From Phoronis australis (Eukaryota; Animalia; Phoronida), in assembly GCA_002633005.1 (NCBI GenBank), contig NMRA01000147.1, forward strand, positions 434,001-498,000: 64,000 nt of DNA, given 5' to 3'. Positions 48,180-60,650 of the stretch are shown in pieces. The notes under the pieces were generated by a model that was not told the DNA's origin, did not search any database, and was given only the letters and a program-made list of their open reading frames with translations. The translations under genes and the position numbers were made by a program. The first letter of the stretch is position 1, and every line of letters starts with the position of its first letter.

Positions 48180-50890
48180 ACAGATCCAGAAAGCGCACAG
48201 AGGTATTGTATCTGGGCTAAATAAATACAAAGAAATCTATATACCATTATACACAAATACATAAATTAATAAACTGATGTTAAGATCACAATGACATAGG
48301 ATTACGAATATAATAAATTATTTCATTCACAGTAAGTTATTTTACACGTATACGATTTTATCGACTCACACAAAGAAATTTATTATTAAAAAGAAATTTT
48401 GATACTATTTTGAATAAAACCTTATTTTCGTTTAGGTCGAGTTCTTGGGAAGATCCGAACTTTTTTGTAAACACTGGGCTATTTTTCGAGTGTCTGGAAA
48501 AGCCGCGAAATCTGCTCCCCGCATACCGTACAAGCAAAGAAAATATGAGTATTTGTATGAATGTCTCCACAGGAACACAGAGGTGAAATATTATTAACAT
48601 AACGTCTAAATTTGTCGCTGTTTAGGAATAGTCCGCATCTTGATCTGCATAGGATTATTTCATGGCTGCGAGGAAGTTGGAATGATGTCAATGACAAATC
48701 TTGAGTAGTGGTGTGCAGTTCGTTTAAAGTTATTTTTGAGAGTGACGATTGAAGTGCTTTCTTTTATTTTGGATGGTAAGGAATATTCCAATTGTCAATG
48801 CAAGTTAATATCGAAGATCTCCTGAATGCTTGGTTGAGAGAAGATGGTATTGTGTAGAAATTACTTTGCCGTAATCTTGGTCTTGTGTTGATTCTTTTGT
48901 AGGAGTCAAAGAGGATTTTGTTTGAATAATTGTTTATGTTGTTTAAGACTTTGAAAGTATACAAGGACAGGTTTACGACGGGTTGCTAGTTTGCTCCAGT
49001 TGGGACTATCACTGGATTTGTTGATAGGTAGATTATGTCACAGCAAAGATTATATACAACAGACAACTCCGACATTTTCTTGGGTGGTATCCTAGCGGAG
49101 GCGCCACTCCTCTAAATTACAAATTTCCTTTTCCGGTTAGTGTATTTTGACGGGTTGTTCTCGCATCTATTTTACTGTCCAGTACAACGAAAAAATCGGC
49201 TTTGAAACGCTGTTCAAAGTCTTCCAATAGTAAACTATTGGTATCGTGAGTACTTTTGACAACCCAACCACACAGCAGCCGACCATTAGCAGACGAAGTA
49301 CTTGCTGGAAGTAAAACTTGCTAATTTTGCCAAGTGTCGCTATTGAATAGTGACGTCACTAGTTCAACTACACACTGTAGTGATTCACACAGGCAATCAA
49401 CAACAATATTATAGCATTTCTATTATAATATTAATCTTTTATCATACATATTATTGACATAATACCGTAACTTGAACGACTATTCAGGCCAATGCAGAGA
49501 AAAAAATGTACGTTCACGATCGTTTCTTTTGCGTTCACGATCGCCATAGAGAATTAACGACTTCGTTCCCGATCGCCGTCTCACACAAGGATCTGCTTGT
49601 ATTGGTAAATATCTCAAATTGTTTCACAAATCATAACTAACAAAAGTGTCACCAGGGACGATTAAACTATAAACGTAACACGTCTCTTCTTAAGAACCCT
49701 GGAATTGCTAATAACAAGTAGAAACTGTCGATTTTACGAGGCGCAAGGCATTTTACCAAAAGCCATTGCTTTCTCAGTTCTTTATTTTAAAAAATAAGCA
49801 AAAGCCAAGTGTTATTTCAGATCCACAACAAAAGTTACACTCTGACGCTTCTCTGGCCTTTTCTGTGTGTAACATTCGTACCAAAGTAGCCTCTATTTAA
49901 GCAGAAAATGACACTTAAACTCACCGGGTACGTCACTGTCGTCTGCCATTTTTGGTGCAAGGTCTTGTTCTCGATGGCCTTCCGGGCGTTCTCGATCGCG
50001 GGTTGGCCGGGGTGCATTTGAGAATGGGTAGAAAATTGCACTGTCATCAGCATATAAGAATGTTTTAGAGTTTATTGTGTCTGGAAGAGATTAAGGTTCT
50101 TAGTACGCCACCTTGTTGCACTCCAGCATTTACGACACATGGTGTTGATGAGGTTGAGAAAACACCCTCAATTCGAAGTTTGTTAGTTCGCCATTCCAGC
50201 TATGATTTTAAAAGTAAGAGGAGAGTACCTGAGAAACCATAAGATTGTAATTTATATAGAAGCAGGACATGGGGAATGACATCAAAAGCTGACGCAATGT
50301 CTAAAAATACGGATCTCACGTTGTTCCCTTGCTCAAACTTGAGTTGGATTTCATGTACAATTGCTGTAAGTTGGGACACTGTGCTGTTACCAGGAATAAA
50401 TCCAAATTGGCGACTATAGTTTAAGTTTTGTGACGACAGGTGATCAAACATGTTGAGAAATTTTTTCTAAAATTTTGGATAAGGTGTTAAGAAGAGTTAT
50501 GGGGCGATAGTTGGCAATGTTTGTTTTGGAGTCCTTTTTGTGTATTGGTATCATAACACCAAGTTTTCAGTCCAAAGAAAATTTTCCAAATTTTTAAATT
50601 TTGTTGCATTATGTTGTCAGAGGAACTGTAAGCTCTTTTGCTATTATCTTGATCATTTTATTAGTTATGAGATTGGTACCGTCGTTTTTGTTTTCGTCGA
50701 AGTTTTCTAGTAGTTTTCTGACTTCAGATGGTTGGTCTTGTATGTCAGAGAGGTGTTCTAATGTTCTTTTTGGGAATTCGGGAAAGTTTGTTGTTGGTGC
50801 AATGGGACTCTTGGCGGTGAAGTATTCCAAAAATAGCTTACTTTTTTCACTTTTGGATGACGCCTCAATGTTGGCTTCCTTTGAGTAGAT
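48180..50890 (-). mobile_element. Degenerate CR1-clade LINE (ORF2 RT and 3' end), interrupted at about 49020-50060
   Basis: YRPITLL..LSKILEK, QFGFIPGNSTVSQL, VFLDIASAFDVIPH..LLYKL; 3' SPLCSCG motif; many stops and frameshifts. Confidence 0.8.
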
Positions 50891-53073
50891 GGTGAATATG
50901 ATGATTGCTTCACCTGTCCTCGAATTTTGTTTACTATATCCCACTATTCCTTAAAATCACAAAATTCACGATTTTTGAAATATGGGCCAAGGAAAAACTC
51001 TGTGGTTACCATTTTTTCTCCCACTTATGATAAATGCGCGCATGCCCTACCGTCAGTTGCTTGAAGTCGCTTGTGAAGGTCACATTTTCTATAATAAAAA
51101 TACGGGAAATGTGCTACGTATATGTCTTGCCATACCGAATAAGGAGACGGGCTTAGCCGTGTGGGAATAAATCGACGAATTGGCACCATTCGACAGATCG
51201 TTTTTTTGAAATTTGAAACTAAAAGAAAATGCTTTGATATCAACAGAATTTTTTACGAACAAACCCTAAAAAATACCTGATGAACAAGTTGAATTCTGTT
51301 TCAGTGGCAGACAACACTTTCAAATTATAATTTAGTCTNATGGTGAATATGATGATTGCTTTACCTGTCCTCGAATTTTGTTTACTATATCCCACTATTC
51401 CTTAAAATCACAAAATTCACGATTTTTGAAATATGGGCCAAGGAAAAACTCTGTGGTTACCATTTTTTCTCCCACTTATGATAAATGCGCGCATGCCCTA
51501 CCGTTAGTTGCTTGAAGTCGCTTGTGAAGGTCACATTTTCTATAATAAAAATACGGGAAATGTGCTACGTATATGTCTTGCCATACCGAATAAGGAGACG
51601 GGCTTAGCCGTGTGGGAATAAATCGACGAATTGGCACCATTCGACAGATCGTTTTTTTGAAATTTGAAACTAAAAGAAAATGCTTTGATATCAACAGAAT
51701 TTTTTACGAACAAACCCTAAAAAATACCTGATGAACAAGTTGAATTCTGTTTCAGTGGCAGACAACACTTTCAAATTATAATTTAGTCTATTTATTGCGT
51801 TCCATGCCTCTTTAACTGGTACAAGCAGTTGAAAATTGATATTGAGAGGACCCCAAAACTTCCGTTGGATACAGCATGCTCATCTCGGGTGCTGCATCAT
51901 GAACAAAATTTGCTTATTTTTTTACTAGGAAATACAGATTTTAAAAAAATCTTGCAACGCAGCAATTTGGAACTCAGATTGAAATGACTTTACATCTTTT
52001 ATATGCGCTAACTGCGAGGCGATACCGAAGCTAGTTTACAGTGAAACAACACGTGTAGATGAGATAAAAGGTCATATATATTATGACAAACTAAACTACT
52101 ACAGATATCGGTAATTATAAAAGTTACATAATATGTTGAAGTGTAAAGGTGGGTGACAATCTGCCTAGCAGCAATGAAGGTATACATAAATGGTGAATAG
52201 AAAGTTAAGTAATAATATGCGGAAGCATAACAGCAACACCGGGACAGCGACATGGGGAAGGTAAGGAGAAACAGGGAAGTAAGGAAAATTGGTTTGCGGG
52301 AGGGAGCGAAAGAGAAATTGAGTGCAAACTGAAATTTGGAGAGAATTGTGGACGATGGCCCAGTGTTACGACGAGACAAAGAGATCACGTGGTACAATTA
52401 AACCAATAATCGTAGAACAAAGAGGGTCAATGACCCGAGAATCCAAACAACATGATAATGAGGACGAAGCAGTATAGCTTACATAAAATAATTTAATACT
52501 TAAATAATTTTTATATGCGCTAAGTGCGAGGCGATACCGAAGCTAGTTTACATTGAAACAACACGTGTAGATGAGATAAAAGGTCATATGTATATTATGA
52601 CAAACTAAACTACTACAGATGTCGGTAATTACAAAAGTTACATAATATGTGGAACTGTAAAGGTGGGTGACAATCTGCCACAGATGCAGCAGAAAGATGC
52701 ATCCGCCCACCCAAGGTAGAGCGAGCGAGGCTGCCAAAAGATTCATAAGAAAAAAGAGAGCAAAAGTAAGCACGTAAATAGGAAAATGCGAACATGGAGT
52801 GGTACAGCTAGGCAGCATGACAAAACAAAACAAAATTATAGATCGACACAACAAGGTGTCGAAATCATAGTAACTGAAACCCAGAGGAATATAAGGCTAA
52901 CATGAATAGATAAAAACTAAGGAACATACATAAGGAACGCAGCAAACAAAAAGCACGCTGTCTATATAAGCATAAAAAAACAGAAACGGTGACGTGTAGG
53001 AAGATACATACAGATTAACAGTAAACGGTGGGACCGTCAAAAGTAGACCTATATAAAGTGTGGAAAAAAAATG

Positions 53074-54894
53074 CTAAGTGGAGAATAACCCATAAGAGGG
53101 CATGAGGTAAACCAACAAAGATTGCCCGGAGTTAGAACCCCGAAAAGGTGAGTGGAAAGGGCATGCCAATGAAAATGGAGAAGGAGTGAAGTAGGACACT
53201 GGCAATACAGGCGTCCTAGGGTGATAAATGGGGGAGTGAAGTAGACACTCAATACGGTGGTTGGCAAGTTTAGGTCCCCAGATTGCTAAGGCAAGAACGA
53301 TGGGGAAGAGCTCCTTGAAGGTGATGGAAAAATGAGAGATGCATGAGGGCCAAGGGCCAGAAAACCAATTAGACACACAAACCGCGGCGAATCCCCCGTG
53401 GACCGAGGCCGAGTCAGTATACAGTTTGAGTGATTGAGAAGAGGTCCAATGCTCGAAAAGGAACATGGACTTGCCGTTGAAGGAGTGGAGGAATGTAAGC
53501 CAAGCACGAATGTCAGCACGGGATTCTTTGGCGAGAGTGACGTGATGATGCGGCTGAGATATGCCAAGCGTGAGACCGATGAGACGACGGAGGAAGGCTC
53601 GACCGGGAATGATGACAAGGCAAGCGAAATTGAGAAAACCAATGAGAGACTGAAGGTCACGTAGTAGGACCGACCTTTTATGCTGGAAGGACTGGAGGAG
53701 ATGTAGGGCCTTGTTGAGTTTGTCCTGGGGAAGGGAAGCCGTCATGGATTGGGAGTATAGATGAATACCGTAGATAGTGATGGAGGTCGTTTGAAGGACG
53801 GTCTTGTGGTGATTGATGGGGACGCCGATTTCTTCACAAAAGGTAAGAAATGTGCGGAGATAAGAAGAACATAAGGGGGAATTAGGGGGGCCGACAAAAA
53901 AGAAGTCATCAAGGAGGTGGGACACCCCTGGGACATTGAGTTTATTTTGAAGAATCCATTGGAAGGATGAGCTGATGAGTTCGAATATGTTGAATGAGGA
54001 AGAAAGACCAAAGGGAAGACAACGGTCAAAATGATATTGACCGGCCCAAACAAATCCAAGGAAACGATAGTCAGAAGGGTGTATGGCAACAAGACGGAAG
54101 GCATCCTTTATGTCTGTTTTAGCCATGAGAGAATTGTGGCCGGAGCGGCGGACAAGAAACATGGTATTTTCAATGGTTTCATAGTGAACCTGAGAGGAGG
54201 ATAAGGGAATATGAGAGTTAACGGAATCGGAATCCCGAGATGGGTATGAAAGGTTATGGATAAGGCGAAATTTATCGGAGTCTTTCTTAGGTATAAGCCC
54301 GAGAGGGGAAGTGATGAAATTGTTAAATGGAGGGTACTGGTGGGGTCCGGAGTAGCGGCCACAGTCAACCTCGTGCTGTATTGTGTGTTCAGTCACAGCA
54401 GCGTTGAGGACCGCAGATGGGTGGTTATGAGGAGGTGGGGAGGATAACATGGAGGAAACACCGATACGGAAACCATAAGTGAAACCATGAATGATGCGAA
54501 CAGTAAGGGCGGATGGATAACCAAGGAGATATGGTTCAAGTTTATTTATTTTTAGGGGTGTTGGAAGGTCGGGTGGCGGTGGAGGTGGTTCGTGGTGTGG
54601 GTTGGGGATGGGAGGAGATAGGGCAGGCAGAGGCGGGGNNNNNNNNNNNNNNNNNNNNNNNNNNNNNNNNNNNNGGGTGTGAGGCAGCTGAACGTGGTTG
54701 GAGAAATTGGGAACGAAAGGACTGAGTGCGTGGGTAGTTAGTACGGATGGAATTGGGGTAGTTAGAGGGAGATGAAATTTTGTGAGATTGGAGGATAACC
54801 TGATTCCAGAGTTCCATATTGGTGGTTTCCCAAGGAACAGGGGTAGCTGAGCGCAATTGACGAAACTGTTGATCGTAAAACATGGCGGGGGCAA
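53074..54894 (-). CDS. DIRS/Ngaro reverse transcriptase-RNase H ORF (contains an N gap; 3' end degenerate)
   Basis: SPLGLIPKKDSDKFRLIHNLS, AKTDIKDAFR, LPFGLSSS, HLLDDFF, LYTDSAS, ITFKELFPIVLALAIWG. Confidence 0.9.
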   Translation of the reverse strand: MPPPCFTINSFVNCAQLPLFLGKPPIWNSGIRLSSNLTKFHLPLTTPIPSVLTTHALSPFVPNFSNHVQLPHTXXXXXXXXXXXXXPPLPALSPPIPNPHHEPPPPPPDLPTPLKINKLEPYLLGYPSALTVRIIHGFTYGFRIGVSSMLSSPPPHNHPSAVLNAAVTEHTIQHEVDCGRYSGPHQYPPFNNFITSPLGLIPKKDSDKFRLIHNLSYPSRDSDSVNSHIPLSSSQVHYETIENTMFLVRRSGHNSLMAKTDIKDAFRLVAIHPSDYRFLGFVWAGQYHFDRCLPFGLSSSFNIFELISSSFQWILQNKLNVPGVSHLLDDFFFVGPPNSPLCSSYLRTFLTFCEEIGVPINHHKTVLQTTSITIYGIHLYSQSMTASLPQDKLNKALHLLQSFQHKRSVLLRDLQSLIGFLNFACLVIIPGRAFLRRLIGLTLGISQPHHHVTLAKESRADIRAWLTFLHSFNGKSMFLFEHWTSSQSLKLYTDSASVHGGFAAVCVSNWFSGPWPSCISHFSITFKELFPIVLALAIWGPKLANHRIECLLHSPIYHPRTPVLPVSYFTPSPFSLACPFHSPFRGSNSGQSLLVYLMPSYGLFST

Positions 54895-55293
54895 AACGGA
54901 AATGGTGGTTGATGGAGATTATGGTATGACAAAACTTTGCGAGATGAGGTGCTTGAAGTGGATGACGGGTGGTGTAGATGGCTAAATAGATGAGAAATGC
55001 CTGGTTCCACTGAAACATGTTGTTGATGGAGCGAGATTTGGGGTTAGGTGAAAAACTGGTTGATGGTTAACTATGGAGAGCTGGAGGTGCGGGGATAAAA
55101 CCGGGTTAATTAGCTGACCAAAATCGACATATTGGTCTGTCCATAAGAGGTTTCTGGTTTTTGCATCCAAGTTGAAGCCCAAAGCCAGAGACGTATGTAC
55201 GGAGGCGTCAAGGTTACCTGCAACGGGTGGCATATGGTGATCCAATGCTGTTGATGTGGCTGTAGCTACTGAAGATGTAGCCGAGATCCCCAA
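54542..55293 (-). pseudogene. Ngaro gag-like ORF1 remnant (frameshifted)
   Basis: ORFs 54982..55293 (LWTDQYVDFGQLI) and 54542..55018 carry DIRS-type gag motifs. Confidence 0.75.
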
Positions 55294-56224
55294 GCAATCT
55301 TGATGAGCCTAGTACCAAGTAATATCGAACTTCTCAAGGTTACTCATTTCTAATCTCAGTATGATGATCAACATGAGATCAATTCAATAACGGCAGCAAA
55401 AGCTAGTTTTTAACAGAAGGCGCGGGTTTACCGTACGTTATGAAAACCTGGTCGACAAGTTTGTGTACATCGACAAAACCGTAGACGTGACTTAGTAAGA
55501 CAATTATATATTTCGTGAAAAAGAAGCCGCCTATAAAAAATGACTTATGACTTTATGTAAGTTTGCTAGTAATTGGGTCAGGTGACAAAGTGCTTTGACT
55601 GAAATCTTGCAAAAAAAGAAACAAACATCCATAGCAAAAGAAAGGTATCACGTATATACAATGTTGAAGATGAAATGTCTGAAGGATTCGTCTTCGATTC
55701 ATGCAAAAATCATAAATGTCCTATGTGTCGTTAGCCTTCCACGCATGAATTTGTGGAACACTCTAAAATAATTCCATAACAGCGTTTTGGACTCAGGCAC
55801 ATAAAACATGATATCTGAATAAAGTTTCATATGAAACCGATTAGCCATTTCCGAGAAGTCAAGTTTGGAATTTTCCTAAGGTCCTACAGAATTTCACACA
55901 ATGAGACGGCATGCGCTGTAATGGCACGGGAAAAATTAAAATAAGTTCGGCCGATCCGCGACTTGCGCGGCATCGCGCCGACATACCACTCTATATGACG
56001 AATATTTTAAGTCCAGCCTATGCGGGATGCTAACCAGTGAATTTCGTTAGGCCGTTGGCTTGAGTTCGTTGTTGGTGATGCTCAATTCAATTCTCCCATC
56101 CTCACGTGAAGTAACTGGTAGGCAATTTTAAGTGTGGTATTAGCGATTAGCTTCGATTGACTCTTGAATTCTTTATAGTGGGATGGCATATTTAGTGAAG
56201 AAATTGTTTTTCGTGCATTAAAGT

Positions 56225-57219
56225 TCAGTCGTAGCTCACTCCAACGTTATTGTAACGGTTTAACATTTTGCGAAGTGCTTGTTTGTAGGCGGGTACTGCC
56301 ACCTCATATAAAACGGGATTAAGAAGTGAGTTCAGTCCTGGAAGATCTGATAGAAACGTTCGAAGCGAAGATATTCTCCAATCCTCCAACAACAATACAG
56401 ACGGAGGAGGATAGGCGTTCTTAGCAATCAAATGAAGCCACGTACTTATCAACTTAAGCGCTACAAACTTCATCACTGCCTTAGTGAGTTTGTACTGCAC
56501 ACATTGACGTAGGTGTTGTGCACTTAGTTCGTTGAAGTTTTTTTTTCCGTTGGCGGTAGGCCAAAAAAATCACGTAAAAATGAAGACCGACAATGAATGA
56601 CTTCTGGAATGTAGATCGTCAATATCACGCATGCCAGTCTTATTGGAGATCTTTCAAATATTGTCTGAAACAAACACATTTCTCGGTAACCGTTAAAGTC
56701 CTTGTTTAAAGTTAACAGAAGAAATACGTTTACTAGCGGGCCATAAAAGAATGCTGTGATTACAAGCTTCTTTAAGACGCTGGTTGTCATCAAAACTTCG
56801 TGTCGTAGAGGAAACTGGATTGAAACAAACCTGCCCACATTTACAACTGCAAGCATGGCAGTGGATACGTAGGTTGGAACGGAGACACCGTAGATGAAAC
56901 CTATGCAGGCGGGGGTGCTGGTAATGGCGGACGTTGGCAGCGACTCCCAGCACAGTGGTACGACAAGTTTCTTGAATGTATTGAGTGGCAGACAGAGTCC
57001 TACCAGCAGATCACTGAGTCTAAGGCCAAAGATTATGACACTGGTGTCTTCCTTGCGTACTTCTGGGAATTTGATGTAGGCTAAACAAACCAAAATGTTA
57101 CCAACACTTATGCCCAAGGCGAGGAGAACTTCGAAAGTGATGTGTAAGTACAATGCAACATTCGGCGTTGATCCATCAGCGTACCACGGTGTGTGGTTAG
57201 AACTAGTTAAATTGGACAT
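56225..57219 (-). pseudogene. Intronless class A (rhodopsin-like) GPCR with two frameshifts
   Basis: TM1 GNILV, TM2 LSDLLVG, TM3 end VGRFVSIQFPLRH, TM7 NSLLNPVLY. The frame changes near 56597 (to IVGLHFYVIFLAYRQRKK) and again at the poly-T run near 56540 (to NFNELSAQHLRQCVQYKLTK). Confidence 0.8.
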
Positions 57220-60200
57220 TTGTTTCCGGAGTGAGAAAAGCACACTCCTGAACAACTTGTACATGAAAAGTGTAATACGTATATTTATATATATAACATA
57301 GTTACACGGAATAAGTGTTGGAACGTAACGAGTTACCATGGTTACCAAATGTAGCGAAATGACCCCATTCGTCAAGCAAATGGAACACATGCATGTGTAC
57401 AATGATGCAATTCTGCAGATATGGCAAAATTTTAGCCACATCGTCCAGTTTTTGAAGAAAATGTATAAATTTTGTCCTTCAGAAACTTGTAGAAAAGCCC
57501 AGGAGACGCGTGGCCTGACTTTTATTTTGTCCACAATTTACTGTGCAGTCTTAGACTTGAGTACATTTTTGGCGGCAGTGGAAATCGAGCCCCCCATTTG
57601 GCGAAGTGGGCAAAAGGTCCGAGAAAATGGAACAAAAGTCCACTAAATAAGCCAAACGCGCAATTCACAGTGGTTGTTCCGTTTTTTTTTTTTATTCCGC
57701 CCGCTCTTTTGTTAGGAAAAGGTCCACAACGCCGGGAATTCGAGCCCCCAAATTGAAGGCTGTGTGCGCGCATGGCCGTGGGATGTGACTCAACGGTAGA
57801 GCGACTACCATGATTGTGGATCTAGTGCGTTTGATTCGGCGCTACTGCTAATTTTTGAAAAAAAAGTTTCTCGACTAGAATATTCCTTAAACTTAGACAC
57901 GGTTGAAATCGGTTGTCTCTTCCTCGTGATTTCGTTTTCCTAAGTATGGAATTTTTCTCAAACAATCGTTGAAAAATGCAACTGCGGTTGCAAGCCTTCG
58001 TTCTTTTCGGGACTGAGTTGGACTCGAGGCTCGCATGTCAGCTCACGCGTCTGCTTCGTCTTGTATTCTGATAAAAGTTTTTCTTCACAACTTTGAGCAG
58101 CTTAACATTGCATATGAATGTTCCAAACTTAGAAATGAAACTATCGATAGCTGGTTCACTTGGCGGAGTGTGTGGGTTGACAATATCCGGACTTTGCATT
58201 GTGGGAAATTTTTGGAGTGAGATTTAATTTGACTGCACAGAAACAAACGATGCTTGTTGGCGACAACCTTTCCAAGATCGGCGTTTTTCAGTAGAAAACA
58301 ACTATTTGTGTGAAATTAAATTCATTCGAAATAGCTCACGTAGCCTACTCTAGTATATGCACATCCCAATTTTTTAAATACCACTTTTTGTGAAAAAAGG
58401 TTGCAGGAAAGCCTAACACATTTAACAAAACCCTGCAAGGTTTTAAATGTTTTTTTTAAAGTAACATACTAAAGTGCACGTGTGTGTTTGACCGTACTAA
58501 CATTCAGACACGGAAAATAGTTTATGCTGATTGCAATACTACCTCACAGATATTTAAAAGAATGCCATTTAAGGCATAATGGCATCTGTATACTAAACCA
58601 CGGTCAAGAATTGCCAATTGGTGAATTCTGGAGATCTATGCAGCCAAGGGGGCAGCTTCAACCAATTGGGAATTTTTTGGTACTCGCCAAAATGGCTCCT
58701 CAGCTCTTGGTGACCCTTGTTAAGTGTATAACAAAGATTGGTTAAGTGCGTTGGTCAGCAATATTCTTGGAATATGACTGCCCCTCAACAGAAATTGGTA
58801 TTCGCCTTCTCGATAACGGCTCTGGGAGCGATGCTCTCTACGATATCGTCTGAGGAAGTTAGAACGACGACTACCCAAATAACGATATTGATGAGACCAA
58901 TGGAGAAAGTGACGTCGCCGCCAACCACTACGTCTTTGCCGTTTACTGCCACCTCGACAATACTACAGCCAGTGGTATCAACGAAATGAAAGTTGACAGC
59001 GACCGTGAGGATTACCACACAGCCGTCGCCACCAGCACCGACGTCTTAAATAAGGATGTCGTCACAGACAAAGAGAAGAAAGCTAATAGCTTTAGGTCGT
59101 ACAACTTTCGCTGAAAGCCACTGTATATGAACTTTTAACGAAGTTGATTGTGGTTATATATGGGAGGCGCAGCACTGAAATAAGTGGGGGAGGCCGTAAC
59201 CCCTAGTCCCCTCATTGTGCGCCATGGACGGAGCAGCACTGAGCCCCCCTATGGTGCACCACCCCTATATTGGCGATGACGTTGGAATTATAGCTTAACG
59301 ATATCATATGTTGCCCAGTTACAATTAACACAGATGTCAAATATTTCATAACGTCACATGTTTTTTATTGGTTTCCATCGGTAACTCATCTAATGGTGGC
59401 GACCTTAAATAAACATAAGACAGCCATACCACAGGCTCGGAGCAGATCACGTGTCTCCTAGTCTTTATAAAAAGTGCACGGAAAATTATACTAGTGGTCA
59501 AACTTAACGTTGTGACCAATTTTCCTTAAGTACAATGCGTTTTAATCCGATAATGTGATGTCGGGAGGAAGTTAATATTAAAATTATAACTGTTCTTGAC
59601 ATACCTGCGCGGTGAAGTATTAATCAGTTAACAACAGTGTTACACTGAAATTAGGATTTCTGACTTAAAAAAATTATCGTCTTAGTCTTTGATTCTCTGT
59701 TTAAATTTTTGTTAAAAATTGACTCGAAAATGTCGAAGTTGTAATTTTGACTCAATCCCTGAAAGCCTTTTACCGTGACCCGCACTGCTCAGCACAAACC
59801 CCGTGCATAGCCCTGAGTGAAAAAACGAAACCACAAACAGACCAATTAATTCAGTAGCATACACCACTACATTGTACATGTACATAGGGAACCTTCGTCA
59901 GAAGGAACAGAAGGCTGGGTAGTCGTGTTGGCTTGGATCAGGGATAAACTGAATTTCAAGGAAAATGCTGAAAATGTAGTTGTATACATATAGGCCTAGT
60001 CAAGTCATCAGGACTAAGTAACTGCGAGCAAACTAAGTTTCGCGGAGAGCAGGAATGGGCCTTGGGCCAGCGCACTGATGTGCTGGAGCATGGGAGCTGT
60101 CTCAAGTAACTGTAACTGAGATCTAACAAATATACGAAATTCGAGGAACTAACGCTAGTCACAGGTCAGCTAAGCTATATGATAATTCACTTGAGACAAG

Positions 60201-60407
60201 CAACTTAGCTCGTACCTATCCGTCTGCACTGCCTCTAATGTCAAGATTCGTTTTACTATTGTCCAGCTTCGGGAAAGATCATGTTATTATAGTCATTTTT
60301 TAAAGGATTTTTTTGAAAAGGTCCCTGGCATAGTGCTTTTGGGGCTGTTTCAAAATTCTTGTTGAAACACGACCGCCAGTCCAGTTTCTGATGACTGGTG
60401 AAAATGA

Positions 60408-60650
60408 TACAGAGTGTGTCCCAAAAATGTACACACTTCAATGCCTGGAGTTCAAACTCAGTTTCCGTGGGCCAGTTAGTTTCTGCGCGGGCCTACTACA
60501 TGGTTACACCTTATTTTTAACGTTGATGGTAAGTCATGACGTGCTCCGTCTGTGTACGGAAATGGCAAACAAACAATTCAGTTTTGAAGAACACAATTTT
60601 ATTACGCAATACGACTGGAAACTAAAATCATGAAGAAAGTGCAAAGTCAA
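60408..60650 (+). mobile_element. 5' fragment of a Tc1/mariner (maT/DD37D-like) transposon
   Basis: TA-CAGAGTGTGTCCCAAAAATGTACAC end followed by MANKQFSFEEHNFITQYDWK, a transposase-like N-terminus. Confidence 0.55.

Larger units (their letters stand above)
51997..55293 (-). mobile_element. Ngaro/DIRS-type (tyrosine recombinase class) retrotransposon, 5'-truncated and internally deleted
   Basis: Gag-like ORF (WNQAFLIY...YDQQFRQLR...W....ELW) overlapping an RT/RNase H ORF; about 170-bp split direct repeats at 51997-52175 and 52509-52679. Confidence 0.9.

Noticed and set aside
50889-51790. Near-identical 451-bp tandem duplication giving twin 72-aa ORFs
   Set aside because: The junction contains an N at 51339, so it is most likely a contig-overlap assembly artefact within a MITE. 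The ORFs are spurious.
57220-57534. N-terminal extension of the GPCR ORF
   Set aside because: It runs through repeat-like sequence. The plausible start is MSNLTSS at 57219, which has N-glycosylation sites.
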